The notes under the pieces: generated by a model
What the model was told of the DNA's origin: nothing
The model's database searches: none
The model's input: the letters and a program-made list of their open reading frames with translations, nothing else
DNA from: Bacteroidota bacterium
Lineage (GTDB): Bacteria; Bacteroidota; Bacteroidia; Flavobacteriales_D; JABDKJ01
Direction: 5' to 3'
Assembly: GCA_024279715.1 (NCBI GenBank)
Contig: JAJRRH010000108.1
Span: forward strand, 1-46,124
DNA: 46,124 nt
Part shown: positions 28,175-38,500 of the stretch, piece by piece
Numbering within the stretch: position 1 is the stretch's first letter
Layout: every line of letters starts with the position of its first letter
Position numbers and translations under genes: made by a program

Positions 28175-29644
28175 ATGTTAAAATCTATATCACTTATCCT
28201 AATCACACTGTGCTTTCACACTGTGTATGCACAAGATAGCTTAATTGTGACCCAAAAAGATAGCGTCATTGTGGATTCGCTAGAGGTAATAAATGACCCT
28301 GTGATAGATCAATGGGACAGTCTTGTTACCGTGGTAAAAACTGATCCATCCGTTCTTTATCTTGATTCTTCTGTTTATAAGCTATTTAGACAAACACCGA
28401 CATACACTGATGAAGAGTATATGGAAATGATGGATGTATTGGACAATAATTCACCATTCAAACTAGATTACAACAAAAGAGTAAGGCAATCTATCAATTA
28501 CTACGTAAAACAAGGTAGAGCTGGGACGTCAAAAGTATTGGGAAAATCGAAATTATACTTTCCTATGATGGAAGAAATACTAAATAAAAATGGGCTTCCA
28601 TTAGAATTCAAGTACCTATCGATAGTTGAGTCGGCACTTAATCCACGCGCACGTTCTAGAGGGGGTGCAACTGGACTGTGGCAATTCATGTATGGCACTG
28701 GTAAAGAAAATGGATTGCTTATTGATTCTTATGTGGATGAAAGAATGGATCCAATAAAATCTACAGAAGCAGCATGTAAATATCTTTCAAGATTGTATAA
28801 AATATATGGTGACTGGAATCTTGTTTTGGCAGCGTATAACTCAGGACCAGGTAATGTAAATAAAGCAATTCGTAGGTCTGGTGGCAGCAGAGATTTCTGG
28901 GAAATAAAACAATATTTACCGAAAGAAACTAGAGGATATGTCCCAAGTTTTATTGCCGTTAATTTCGCATTTAACTATGCGGACAAATTCAATATATTCC
29001 CAATTAAACCTGGCCTAACCTACGCAGATGTGGACACCATTCATGTGAAAGAGCACATTACTTTCGATCATCTTAAATTATTTCTAGAAATATCTACCAC
29101 TGAGTTGGAGTATCTAAATCCTGTTTATTTTAGAAATATAATACCTAAATCTGAACTGCAACAGCCTATCACCTTGCCTCGTGAGCTTATTGGTGATTTT
29201 ATCGAGCATGAGCAAGAAATGTACAGTCTCAATCCAAGAAAAATTTCAAAGAAGAAAATGAAAGAGGAATTATTGGCTGATAAAAACGTAAAAGGATATA
29301 CCTATAAAGTAAAAGGTGGTGATGTACTTGGAGTTATTGCTGAAAAACATAATGTTAGTGTTAGCTCTCTAAGGGCATGGAACAACATTCGAGGAAATAA
29401 AATATACCCTGGTCAAAAGCTAATAATTAAGTCCTCTATTAGACCTAAAAGTTCAACTACAGCATCAGCTACAAAAGCAATAACTGTGGGTGACAAACGT
29501 TATCATACTGTTCAGAGAGGAGACACCCTATGGGATATTGCTAAACTTTATAGTGGTGTATCTGTATCTGATATTAAAAAATTGAATTACAATATTAATT
29601 ACAAGAAATTAAAACCCGGTCAAAAAATAGTAATTGGCGGTTAA
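28175..29644 (+). CDS. mltD: Lytic murein transglycosylase with LysM domains
   Basis: IVESALNP, GLWQFM, AAYNSG and two LysM repeats. Start moved from 28157 to the signal peptide MLKSISLIL. Confidence 0.92.
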   Translation: MLKSISLILITLCFHTVYAQDSLIVTQKDSVIVDSLEVINDPVIDQWDSLVTVVKTDPSVLYLDSSVYKLFRQTPTYTDEEYMEMMDVLDNNSPFKLDYNKRVRQSINYYVKQGRAGTSKVLGKSKLYFPMMEEILNKNGLPLEFKYLSIVESALNPRARSRGGATGLWQFMYGTGKENGLLIDSYVDERMDPIKSTEAACKYLSRLYKIYGDWNLVLAAYNSGPGNVNKAIRRSGGSRDFWEIKQYLPKETRGYVPSFIAVNFAFNYADKFNIFPIKPGLTYADVDTIHVKEHITFDHLKLFLEISTTELEYLNPVYFRNIIPKSELQQPITLPRELIGDFIEHEQEMYSLNPRKISKKKMKEELLADKNVKGYTYKVKGGDVLGVIAEKHNVSVSSLRAWNNIRGNKIYPGQKLIIKSSIRPKSSTTASATKAITVGDKRYHTVQRGDTLWDIAKLYSGVSVSDIKKLNYNINYKKLKPGQKIVIGG

Positions 29645-30651
29645 TGCCTGCATTAGGGCTCGTGCTCCTATTTCTAATTACACTTATAAAGTGTGATTCG
29701 GACAGCACTCCCTATGTAAAAACTCTCCCTCAATCGGTGGGATCAAGCGGTGAGTTAATTGTCATAATTGGACAACAACACCAAGAATCTCCGGGAAATT
29801 CCATTCGTAAAGAGTTTCAAAAAACAATTCCATCATACTTCTCGTATGAACCTCAATTTGATGTAGAAATATATACTCATTCCGACTTCTCAAAACTTAT
29901 TCGCCAATTCAGAAACCTGCTTATTGTTGACATTAAAGACAATGAAGCCAATAAGGAAGCTTCTACTGTCATAAAGAAAGATGTCTGGGCTTTGGATCAA
30001 ATGGTGGTATACATTCACGCCAAAGACAGTGCTGAATTTCTTGAGATTTTTGAAAAAGACATAGATAAGATAAAAGAAGTATTCAACTATCAAGATCGAT
30101 TGAGGTATCAGTCTATTAATGCCAGCATATCCGATCCTATAGCGCAAGAAAAAATTCAAAACAAATTTGATCTCACCATAGATATACCTTCAGATTTTAT
30201 CTTAGTTTCGGAGGGTGACAATCACCTATCCTACCAATTAGAAAAGATGGATTATTTATCTGGAAGAGCCTATCAAGTCGTTCAGAATATTATCATCAGG
30301 GTACAACCATTTGTAACAGATAGTGTATTCTCTCATTCTTTTATTATTGACCAAATAAACACAAAGACGGGTAAAATATATCAAAGCACCAAAGATGTTG
30401 GATTGTCAATTGAAGAAAAGTTTCATCCTATATTTACTGAAATCAATTTGAACGGCAATTTCGGTGTTGAGACCAAGACACTATGGAAATTTGAAGAGCC
30501 ATTAATGGGTGGTCCATACACCTCCATAACGGTTCATGACCCAAAAAAAAATAGAATAATCACCGTGGAAGGGTTTTTGTTTGCCCCCAAATTCAATTAC
30601 AGAGAATATATGAAGCAAATTGAGGCAATTCTATACTCTCTAGAATACTAA
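29644..30651 (+). CDS. DUF4837 family (lipo)protein
   Basis: EPQFD, RNLLIV, DVWA.DQ, MGGPY and EGFLFAP motifs; located after mltD. Confidence 0.82.
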   Translation: MPALGLVLLFLITLIKCDSDSTPYVKTLPQSVGSSGELIVIIGQQHQESPGNSIRKEFQKTIPSYFSYEPQFDVEIYTHSDFSKLIRQFRNLLIVDIKDNEANKEASTVIKKDVWALDQMVVYIHAKDSAEFLEIFEKDIDKIKEVFNYQDRLRYQSINASISDPIAQEKIQNKFDLTIDIPSDFILVSEGDNHLSYQLEKMDYLSGRAYQVVQNIIIRVQPFVTDSVFSHSFIIDQINTKTGKIYQSTKDVGLSIEEKFHPIFTEINLNGNFGVETKTLWKFEEPLMGGPYTSITVHDPKKNRIITVEGFLFAPKFNYREYMKQIEAILYSLEY

Positions 30652-30745
30652 TTCTTTCTCTCTTACTGTCAGTATAGTACCTTATTTTTACACTTTCTGT
30701 TGAAAAAAAGACTAACAATAAGTGGACTTATACCCTATATTAACT

Positions 30746-30753
30746 TAGTTTTG
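30746..30753 (+). promoter_or_regulatory. -7 promoter element of the small Sm-like gene
   Basis: TAGTTTTG lies 43 nt upstream of ATG 30797. Confidence 0.6.
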
Positions 30754-30796
30754 TACAAGCAGAAATTATTTTCTCTAAAAAAAACACTTACAGTAC

Positions 30797-31036
30797 ATGG
30801 ACATCAAAGATTTGACAACATATCTTGGTAATCACTGTCGTTTCAAATTCAGAAATGGAAAAGACATTTATGGTGTCATTTGGGAAAGTAATGCCAAGTT
30901 TTTCTTCTCTAGTAAAGAACGACATGATTCATTATTGAAAAAAGAAGGTGGTATGTACAAGACATGGTCGCCTATTGATCTTTTTGATCAAATTAATCCT
31001 GAAGACATTATTCAGGTAGAACGAATAGCTAGGTAA
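30797..31036 (+). CDS. Small hypothetical protein with an Sm/LSm/Hfq-like (SH3-type barrel) sequence pattern
   Basis: 79 aa with its own promoter element and an A-rich leader. LTTYLGNHCRFKFRNGKDIYGVI fits the Sm1 pattern and QINPEDIIQVE fits the Sm2 strand pattern. Coding status is likely; the fold is inferred. Confidence 0.75.
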   Translation: MDIKDLTTYLGNHCRFKFRNGKDIYGVIWESNAKFFFSSKERHDSLLKKEGGMYKTWSPIDLFDQINPEDIIQVERIAR

Positions 31037-31099
31037 TTCCATCGCAAATTACTCTTCCAAAACATTTTTTTATTCTTTATTTCAATTAATGGTAGGGTA

Positions 31100-31230
31100 T
31101 TCATTTATCCAATTGTATTATAGTTGGATTTGAAAGATGTGAATCATTCACATAGACCAACCTTAGGGTTGGATTTCATAGTTTTTGGTTAAGAACAAAA
31201 AAGCTGAATCGTGGTTGATTCAGCTTTTTT
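31100..31230 (+). ncRNA. Candidate structured sRNA / 3'UTR-derived RNA
   Basis: Hairpins at 31107-31129 (with G-U pairs on the plus strand), 31137-31153 and 31157-31172, then a single-stranded U-rich stretch and a terminator. Confidence 0.5.
31197..31230. terminator. Bidirectional intrinsic terminator
   Basis: AAAAAAGCTGAATC-GTGGTT-GATTCAGCTTTTTT between convergent genes. Confidence 0.9.
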
Positions 31231-31256
31231 ATTATCATTTTAATTCTCGACCTCAG

Positions 31257-31712
31257 CTACTTCCAACCATCATATCCCCCTTTAAGGTTGTATATCTCTT
31301 GAAATCCCATTCCTTTCATAATGCTCATAGCTCTAGAACTTCTTCCACCACTTTTGCAATATACATACACTGGTTTGTTTTTATCTAACGCTGATACTTT
31401 CTCCTTAAAACTACCATCACTGACATTGATATTCACAGATCCATCAATATTGCCCGCAGAATACTCTCTAACAGTACGCACATCAAGTATAAGTCCGTCA
31501 TTCTTGGCAATGAGCGAAGCGAACTTCTCCTTATCCACATTTTGAGTAACACTCGTGGATTTGATACTAACTTGTTTTATATTTTTATTGTCAGTTGACT
31601 TGACAGTATTAACTCCTGAATTTGTCTCTACTTTGTTTTTCTTGCTACTAACTTTATCCGCACAAGAAAAAGTCGTTGCCAATATGGCTAATATGATGAT
31701 CGTTCGTTTCAT
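31257..31712 (-). CDS. Rhodanese-like domain lipoprotein
   Basis: MKRTIIILAILATTFSC lipobox (start corrected from 31781), plus LDVRT..EY, YCKSGGRS and LKGGY.GW. Confidence 0.92.
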   Translation of the reverse strand: MKRTIIILAILATTFSCADKVSSKKNKVETNSGVNTVKSTDNKNIKQVSIKSTSVTQNVDKEKFASLIAKNDGLILDVRTVREYSAGNIDGSVNINVSDGSFKEKVSALDKNKPVYVYCKSGGRSSRAMSIMKGMGFQEIYNLKGGYDGWK

Positions 31713-31725
31713 AATTTTCTCTTTT

Positions 31726-32760
31726 CTAGAATCCCCTTCTATGGTTTCTATGGTTATTATTCTTCTTTTTCTCCTCTTCAAATTCTGGTACTTTAGACCA
31801 AATTCTGGTGTTCAAGTTAAGTTCTTTGATGATTTCTAATACCATCTTCATATCTTCATAATATTCCTCCACCTTTGTGGAGTCTATCAATGTTTTGAAA
31901 ATACTCGGCTCAAAAAAATCTTTCCTGAAAGGCATTGCAATATATATATTTGACTTATAAAAAGACAGGGAAATATCAATATCCAATCGTTCTCTACACA
32001 CCAATAATTTTTCCATAAAGCTAGGGGAAAGTATGTATCGTGCTTCAATCTCATCATCAGAATACACGACAAATTCTTTTTCAAATTCTACACTTTCTAA
32101 CTCAACCATTCCGGCTCTTGTGATATTTAACCTTTGTAATGCCTTACCAAAAGCTCCTAAATATTTCTCTCCTATATCAGGCAATATTACAGTTCTACTT
32201 TGAAAATGCTTGTGAAAATCAGCTTTGAAAATCAATCCACGAAACAAAGTTTTTAGTTGTTGACGGTTGTTTTGATCCCGTACATAATATTGCGCTGTTA
32301 CTTCAGAAAAACTAAACTCAGTTTGGTCATCCGTACCGCTTATCAGATCCTCTCCATGATAACGTTCAGGTGTTCTATTGAAAATTCCGGTACTTACAAA
32401 TTCATTTCTATCAAGTCTCCCATAAGGACTATAGCGATACTTAGGATTTATATATCTCAGTATCTTTCCGATAATTGAAATTTTGAAATTGGTTCTGAAT
32501 TCTCGAGAGGCTTTGGTTTTAAACCATACCCATACCCCAGTACCTGTAACCCCGGTTAGAACCAAAGATTGAATACCTAGATTAGGCAACATAAACACCA
32601 TAATAATAGCAAAGACTCCTAGTCCCGCTGTAGGATAAATTAAAGTGTTTTTTATCTCTTTTCTTTCCGCTTCTAGTTCTTGAAGTTCAGGAAGTAATTC
32701 GGTTTGATAAAAAGCCGAAAAGGTCATTTTCTCTTCCCCTGGTTTCTCCTCTTCTTGCAT
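31726..32760 (-). CDS. DUF3137 domain membrane protein
   Basis: Two N-terminal TM helices, GEDLISG, FRGLIF.ADF and FEKEFVVYSDD..EARYILSP.FME. Confidence 0.85.
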   Translation of the reverse strand: MQEEEKPGEEKMTFSAFYQTELLPELQELEAERKEIKNTLIYPTAGLGVFAIIMVFMLPNLGIQSLVLTGVTGTGVWVWFKTKASREFRTNFKISIIGKILRYINPKYRYSPYGRLDRNEFVSTGIFNRTPERYHGEDLISGTDDQTEFSFSEVTAQYYVRDQNNRQQLKTLFRGLIFKADFHKHFQSRTVILPDIGEKYLGAFGKALQRLNITRAGMVELESVEFEKEFVVYSDDEIEARYILSPSFMEKLLVCRERLDIDISLSFYKSNIYIAMPFRKDFFEPSIFKTLIDSTKVEEYYEDMKMVLEIIKELNLNTRIWSKVPEFEEEKKKNNNHRNHRRGF

Positions 32761-33317
32761 TAGCTTGCAAATAAATCCTTGGCGCTAATATTCTCTTTTT
32801 CTACTTCAGGAATCTCAATATACTCTTTCCTTTGATAGCCCATATTATTTGCCATAATATTGGTTGGGAACTGTTCTAATCCATTATTATAGCTATTCAC
32901 CGCAGCATTGAAGTTTCTTCTGGATGCCGACAATTGTTCTTCTACTTCATTCCAAGAAGCTTGTAATTGAATGAAGTTATTACTCGCCTTCAAATCCGGA
33001 TAGTTCTCTACCTGAAACATCAATCCTCGTCCGAGTCTATTGACCTTTGATGCCACTTCATTTTGTTCTGCCAAGGTCAATCCGCCACGTTGTACTTGGC
33101 TTCGTAATTCTGTAAGTTCAACAAGTGTGTCTCTTTCATGCTTCATATAAGCTTTAACAGTTTCTACCAGATTTGGTATTAAATCAAATCGCTTTTTCAA
33201 CATCACGTCGATATCACTCTCCGCTTCTTCTACTTTATTTTTCTTAGCGACTAAACCGTTATAAAGAAAAATTAAAAGCCCCCCTATTCCTAATATTATC
33301 AGTCCTATTATTGGCAT
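32760..33317 (-). CDS. lemA: LemA family protein
   Basis: YNGLV, IDVMLKKRFDLIPNLVETVK.Y, ENYPDLKAS.NF and FPTNIMA. Confidence 0.96.
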   Translation of the reverse strand: MPIIGLIILGIGGLLIFLYNGLVAKKNKVEEAESDIDVMLKKRFDLIPNLVETVKAYMKHERDTLVELTELRSQVQRGGLTLAEQNEVASKVNRLGRGLMFQVENYPDLKASNNFIQLQASWNEVEEQLSASRRNFNAAVNSYNNGLEQFPTNIMANNMGYQRKEYIEIPEVEKENISAKDLFAS

Positions 33318-33320
33318 ATT

Positions 33321-33572
33321 CTAAACAGTTTCTAATTTAAATGTATAATTCTCCATGATCTCATTAACCAATAATTTCTTACAAGCCTCATCTACTTTTG
33401 ATCGAGCCACCGATTCATCAGCTGCATCAATCATCAATGAAATGTGCTTGCCGATTCGTACGTTATCAATTTCAATCAATCCCATACTCTCCATACCTGA
33501 AGTTACAGCTTTACCCTGTGGATCCAATAATGCTGGCAAGGGCATTATGTCTATTTCTGCTTTGAATTTCAT
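33321..33572 (-). CDS. purS: Phosphoribosylformylglycinamidine synthase subunit PurS
   Basis: LLDPQGKAV, VRIGKHI and CKKLLVNEIMENY. Confidence 0.96.
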   Translation of the reverse strand: MKFKAEIDIMPLPALLDPQGKAVTSGMESMGLIEIDNVRIGKHISLMIDAADESVARSKVDEACKKLLVNEIMENYTFKLETV

Positions 33573-33602
33573 CTGTTTAAATCAATTTTTCTTTTCTAGT
33601 TT

Positions 33603-34334
33603 CTAACCCGTTACACGATTATCCTTTGACTTCGAGGTCTGGTATTTTATCACGGATAAAATTAAGTATATTATTATAATTAAAGGCATTGCTTGTACAG
33701 ACATAATCAACAATAGTATTACGCTGATTATCAACAGTGTTAACTTCCATTCGTTCCCCTTTATACTTAGTTTTTTTATTTTCAATGAAAACATTGGGAG
33801 CTCAATAACCAACATTATCGCAGATAATACTGCCGTAATAGCAACAACATAGGGTTGAAGAAATAAATCCCGAATCCATCCATTTGGAAACCAAACCAAA
33901 CTCAAGCCTATCGAAAGCCAAAGTAACGCATTAGCAGGGGTAGGCATTCCGATAAAGTCAATAGTCTGGCGGTCATCAATATTAAATTTAGCCAAACGCA
34001 TGGCGGACAATAGCACTATAATGTACGGAATATAACGCATCAAACTATCCATTTCCATAGTGGAGAAAAACAGTGCTCGATGCATTATCTCAAACGCAAT
34101 CAGTGTCGGTGCGAGACCAAAGGAGACCATATCTGCAAGAGAATCTAATTCCTTGCCCATGTCATTGCTTACCTTTAACAATCTGGCTGCCAATCCATCG
34201 AAAAAGTCGAGAAATGCACCTAGTAGAATAAGAATGCCTGATTTTTCTAAATCACCATGTACAGCCGCTACCACCGCTAGACTTCCACACAATAGATTAC
34301 CTAACGTGATGAGATTGGGGATGTGTCGTTTCAT
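33603..34334 (-). CDS. pssA: CDP-diacylglycerol--serine O-phosphatidyltransferase
   Basis: IPNLITLGN, DFFDGLAAR, GKELDSLADMVSFG, RLAKFN and FIGMPTPA. Start set at ATG 34334, 5 nt after TATTTTTG (34347-34340). Confidence 0.92.
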   Translation of the reverse strand: MKRHIPNLITLGNLLCGSLAVVAAVHGDLEKSGILILLGAFLDFFDGLAARLLKVSNDMGKELDSLADMVSFGLAPTLIAFEIMHRALFFSTMEMDSLMRYIPYIIVLLSAMRLAKFNIDDRQTIDFIGMPTPANALLWLSIGLSLVWFPNGWIRDLFLQPYVVAITAVLSAIMLVIELPMFSLKIKKLSIKGNEWKLTLLIISVILLLIMSVQAMPLIIIIYLILSVIKYQTSKSKDNRVTG

Positions 34335-34451
34335 ACTGCCAAAAATACTCATTTAATTGAACAATTTTTTGACCATTTACTAGTTTGTAATTCAAGAAAA
34401 AACACCCCGAGAATGGGGTTTTATTAATATTTTTGTAACTTACAGTACTTT

Positions 34452-35519
34452 ATGAAGCGGTTTCTATACATTCTCCTCCCTGGCATTTTTATGTTCATCG
34501 GTAACCTACAAGGTCAACCACCAAAATATTCCAATGAATTTTTGTCTATTGGTGTAGGAGCTAGAGCACTCGGAATGTCCAGTACACAAGTAGGTATTGT
34601 CAATGATGTTACGGCTGGGTACTGGAATCCATCTGGTCTTCTTGGAGTACCAGAAGGTTCTGAAATAGGGCTAATGCATGCAGAGTATTTTGCTGGTATA
34701 GCCAAATACGACTACATTGGTTTTACCAAAAAAATAGATTCTACTCAAGCTTTTGCCATATCCATGCTTCGATTTGGTGTGGATGACATACCTAATACTA
34801 CTGAGTTGATTGATGCTGAAGGCAATATTGACTTCAATAGAATTACGCCTTTTTCAGCCGCCGATTATGCCTTTCTCTTTTCTTACGCTAGGCAAATGAA
34901 TCCGAAATTACGACTTGGTGCTAATTTTAAAGTTATTCGAAGAATTGTTGGTGATTTTGGAGATTCATGGGGTTTTGGACTGGATGCAAGCACCCAATAT
35001 CGAACAGGTAATTGGCAACTAGGAGCAGTACTTCGGGACGCTACAAGTACTTTTAATGCTTGGAATTACTCCCTCGATCAGAATACCATTGACGTATTCA
35101 TACGCACAGGAAATGAATTGCCAGAAAATGGATTAGAAATCACTCTGCCAAAATTAATCATCGGTGGGGGAAGAAAAATGGATATCAACCCAGATTTCTC
35201 TATCCTCGCAGCACTGGATATTGACATTTCTACGGATGGCAAGAGAAATACACTCATCAGCGGTGACCCAATAAGCATGGATCCTCATGCTGGAATTGAA
35301 GTGGACTACAGAAGATTAATCTTTCTCAGAGGCGGGATTGGAAATTTTCAATATGAACAAGATTTACCAGGGGAAGAAACTCTTACTTTTCAACCGAATA
35401 TTGGGGTTGGAATTAGACTTAAACGATTCTCACTTGATTACGCTTTCTCTGACATAGGGGATCAATCTCTTGCTGTTCATAGCAATATTTTTTCAGTCAA
35501 TTTTAGACTAAACAACTGA
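34452..35519 (+). CDS. porV2: PorV/PorQ family outer-membrane beta-barrel (putative T9SS PorV2)
   Basis: KYSNEFLSIGVGARALGM, YWNPSGL and FadL-like barrel strands. A TATTTTTG promoter element lies at 34428-34435. Confidence 0.85.
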   Translation: MKRFLYILLPGIFMFIGNLQGQPPKYSNEFLSIGVGARALGMSSTQVGIVNDVTAGYWNPSGLLGVPEGSEIGLMHAEYFAGIAKYDYIGFTKKIDSTQAFAISMLRFGVDDIPNTTELIDAEGNIDFNRITPFSAADYAFLFSYARQMNPKLRLGANFKVIRRIVGDFGDSWGFGLDASTQYRTGNWQLGAVLRDATSTFNAWNYSLDQNTIDVFIRTGNELPENGLEITLPKLIIGGGRKMDINPDFSILAALDIDISTDGKRNTLISGDPISMDPHAGIEVDYRRLIFLRGGIGNFQYEQDLPGEETLTFQPNIGVGIRLKRFSLDYAFSDIGDQSLAVHSNIFSVNFRLNN

Positions 35520-35524
35520 TCTTA

Positions 35525-38500
35525 TTGAAAAAAGCAAGCCTCATACTGACCCTTTTTCTATGCAGCTTGCAAGGCTTTTCACAATCATACGGCAATGAGT
35601 GGATAGATTATAGCCAAAGCTATTACAAAATGGATATCACCGAAGATGGTATTCACCAAATTGATTTCAACACCCTAGTATCATCTGGGATTCCAATACA
35701 ATCTATTGACCCTAGAAACCTTCAAATATTTGCGAAAGAAAAAGAAATACCCATCCTCATTTATGGGGAAGAAGACGGTATATTTGATGAAGAAGATATT
35801 ATCGAATTTGCCGCATTCCATAATGATGGGTGGCTAGATAGTCTTATCTACATTAATCCTGATGGGCTGAATAATCCTTATTACAGCATGTTCAATGACA
35901 CACTTCACTACTTCATTACGTGGAATGACGAATTGGATAATGAAAGAATAGACATCATTGATGATACCAATTTTGATAGTTATCCGAATGTAGAATATAT
36001 CTGGAAAGAAAGCAGAAAGATGTATACCAATCAATACTGGGGAGGTGCTCCAATTGGGCTGGGTATACTCGCTTCAGGATATGAAGACACCGAAGGGTGG
36101 TTTTCAAGTTTTGTTGGATTCCCCTGGGGACAAATTACAAGTAGTTATGACATTCCTCACCCAAATATTGCTTTAGGAGGAAGTATACCTGACGTACAGC
36201 TAAAAACTGTCTCTTCGAGCAGGAATAACCCTGAATCTGAAGGTGAATTCAACCATCATTTGCAAATCGAATTAAACAATTCTACGCTGATCGACAGCTT
36301 GTACTCCGGCTACCAGTTGAATAAGTTTTATTTTAATCTTCCTGTTAGTTTATTTGAAGGTGAATCGACTACTTTATCCCATAAAGTCATCGATGACCTT
36401 AATCTGGAAGCAGACTATGTGGTGGTGTCATGGATTAATCTTCGCTACCCTCATCTACTCACTACAGATGATGATAGCGAACTATATTTTGAAGTACCTA
36501 ACACCAATAATCAGCTACATCTAAGCCTCCAAAATGTCAGTAATACAAATGGGGTAATATATACTTTGGGAGCTAACCAAAAAAAAATTATTCCACAATT
36601 TACAAATCAACAACTAGATGCAATCATAGAAAATAATACCAACAACGATTCAAAATGCCTGCTCACCTATCCTGAAAATATTCATACGATTAATGTTTTG
36701 ACTCCTGTGACGGACAATGCACATTTTACAGATTTTGGATCGCTCGTCCTAGATTCAGCATTTGTTATCGTTACTCACCATAAGCTTTGGTCATCTGCTC
36801 AAATGTATGCAGACTATCGTGCCAATGATGAACGAGAATCAATCATAGTTAATATTGAAGAGCTTTACGATCAATATGGTGGTGGCATAGTCCATCATGA
36901 GATTGCTATCCGTCGATTTACCAATCACATTTTAAACCATTGGGACGATCCTCCCGCACATTTGTTTTTACTCGGCAAATCCATTCGAAATTTTCAATGT
37001 CGAACCAATTCCACTAATTTCTCAAACAATCTTGTCCCCTCCTTCGGCTATCCTCCAAGTGATAATCTAATCACCTCAGGATTGAACGGAACACTCCTTG
37101 AACCAGCCATTCCTACAGGGCGGATAAGCGCGATTACTAACGACCAAGTAGAAGACTATCTCAACAAGGTAGTCACTTTTGAAAACCAAGAACCTGCGGA
37201 ATGGATGAAACACGTTATGCACTTCGGAGGTGGATCGAATTCCAATGAACAATTACTATTCGCCAATTACTTAAACGGTTATACAAATACCATCGAAGAC
37301 AGTCTCTTTGGCGGACAAGTTCACACATTTTTAAAAAACTCAAGTCTTCCTATCGAAGTGGTATTGTCCGATTCCATTTCGGACAGAATAGCGGACGGCA
37401 CATCTATTATGACCTTCTTCGGTCATGCTACCGGAAGTAGTTTCGATTATAGTATTGACAATCCTGAGAACTTAGAATGGAATGGTCATTATCCACTTTT
37501 TATAGCAAATTCCTGCTATTCAGGAAACATCCACACCTCATCACAGAATTCTACTAGCGAACAGTTTACACTATTGCCCGATAAAGGAGCTATTGGATTT
37601 GTATCAAGTGTACATCTTGGGTTTACCACTGGGCTCAACAGTTTTGCAAGCGAATTGTATCGGGAGATATCTACCGACAGTTATGGCAAATCCGTAGGTG
37701 ATCAAATACAATATTCGATTCGTGATATTCAAGGTGAAAACCCAAGTCCTGTGATTAAAAGCACCTGCGAAGGAATAACCCTGCAAGGGGATCCATCCAT
37801 TGTAATGAATGCGCATGACAAACCCGATATTAGTATTGATAATACAGATATCAATATCACGGAAAATGAACTGAATATCCTTGTCGATAGCATTCATGTC
37901 CATGTGACTCTCACAAATATTGGCAAAGCCACTACAGAAGAGTTTGAAGTAGAATTGATTCGGCATTTTCCAAATGGTCAGCCCGATTCCATCTACAGTC
38001 AGGTCATTGAAGGGCTGTACTTTAAAGATACCATCTCCTTTACACTGCCTCTAGATTTTTCGCATACAATAGGTGTAAATACGCTTGAAGTTAATGTTGA
38101 TTTACCATCCAACACCCTTGATGAATTAGATGATTTTGGAAACAATACAGCAAGTATTTCTATCCTTGTGGCAGAAGGGTCTGTGCTGCCAGGCTACCCA
38201 TATAATTTCTCTATAGTGGGTGAAAATAATATCACTCTAAAAGCTAGTACAGGCAATCCGTTTGATGAAGAAAAAAATTATCGTTTTGAAATTGACACTT
38301 CTCCTGACTACGATAGCCCCGTTTTTCAAAGTACTGTAATCAATCAATCTGGCGGTGTACTTAATTGGGAATTACCCTTTATTTTGACAGACAGCACAGT
38401 TTATTATTGGCGCGTGAGTATTGACAGCACTGCTACAGAAGATTATCAATGGCAGGAAAGTAGTTTTCAATACATCGAGGGTGAGGAAGGTTGGTCACAA

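Noticed and set aside
31107..31175. CsrB/RsmZ-like GGA sponge RNA
   Set aside because: There are only two GGA motifs, and they lie in or at the base of stems rather than in loops.
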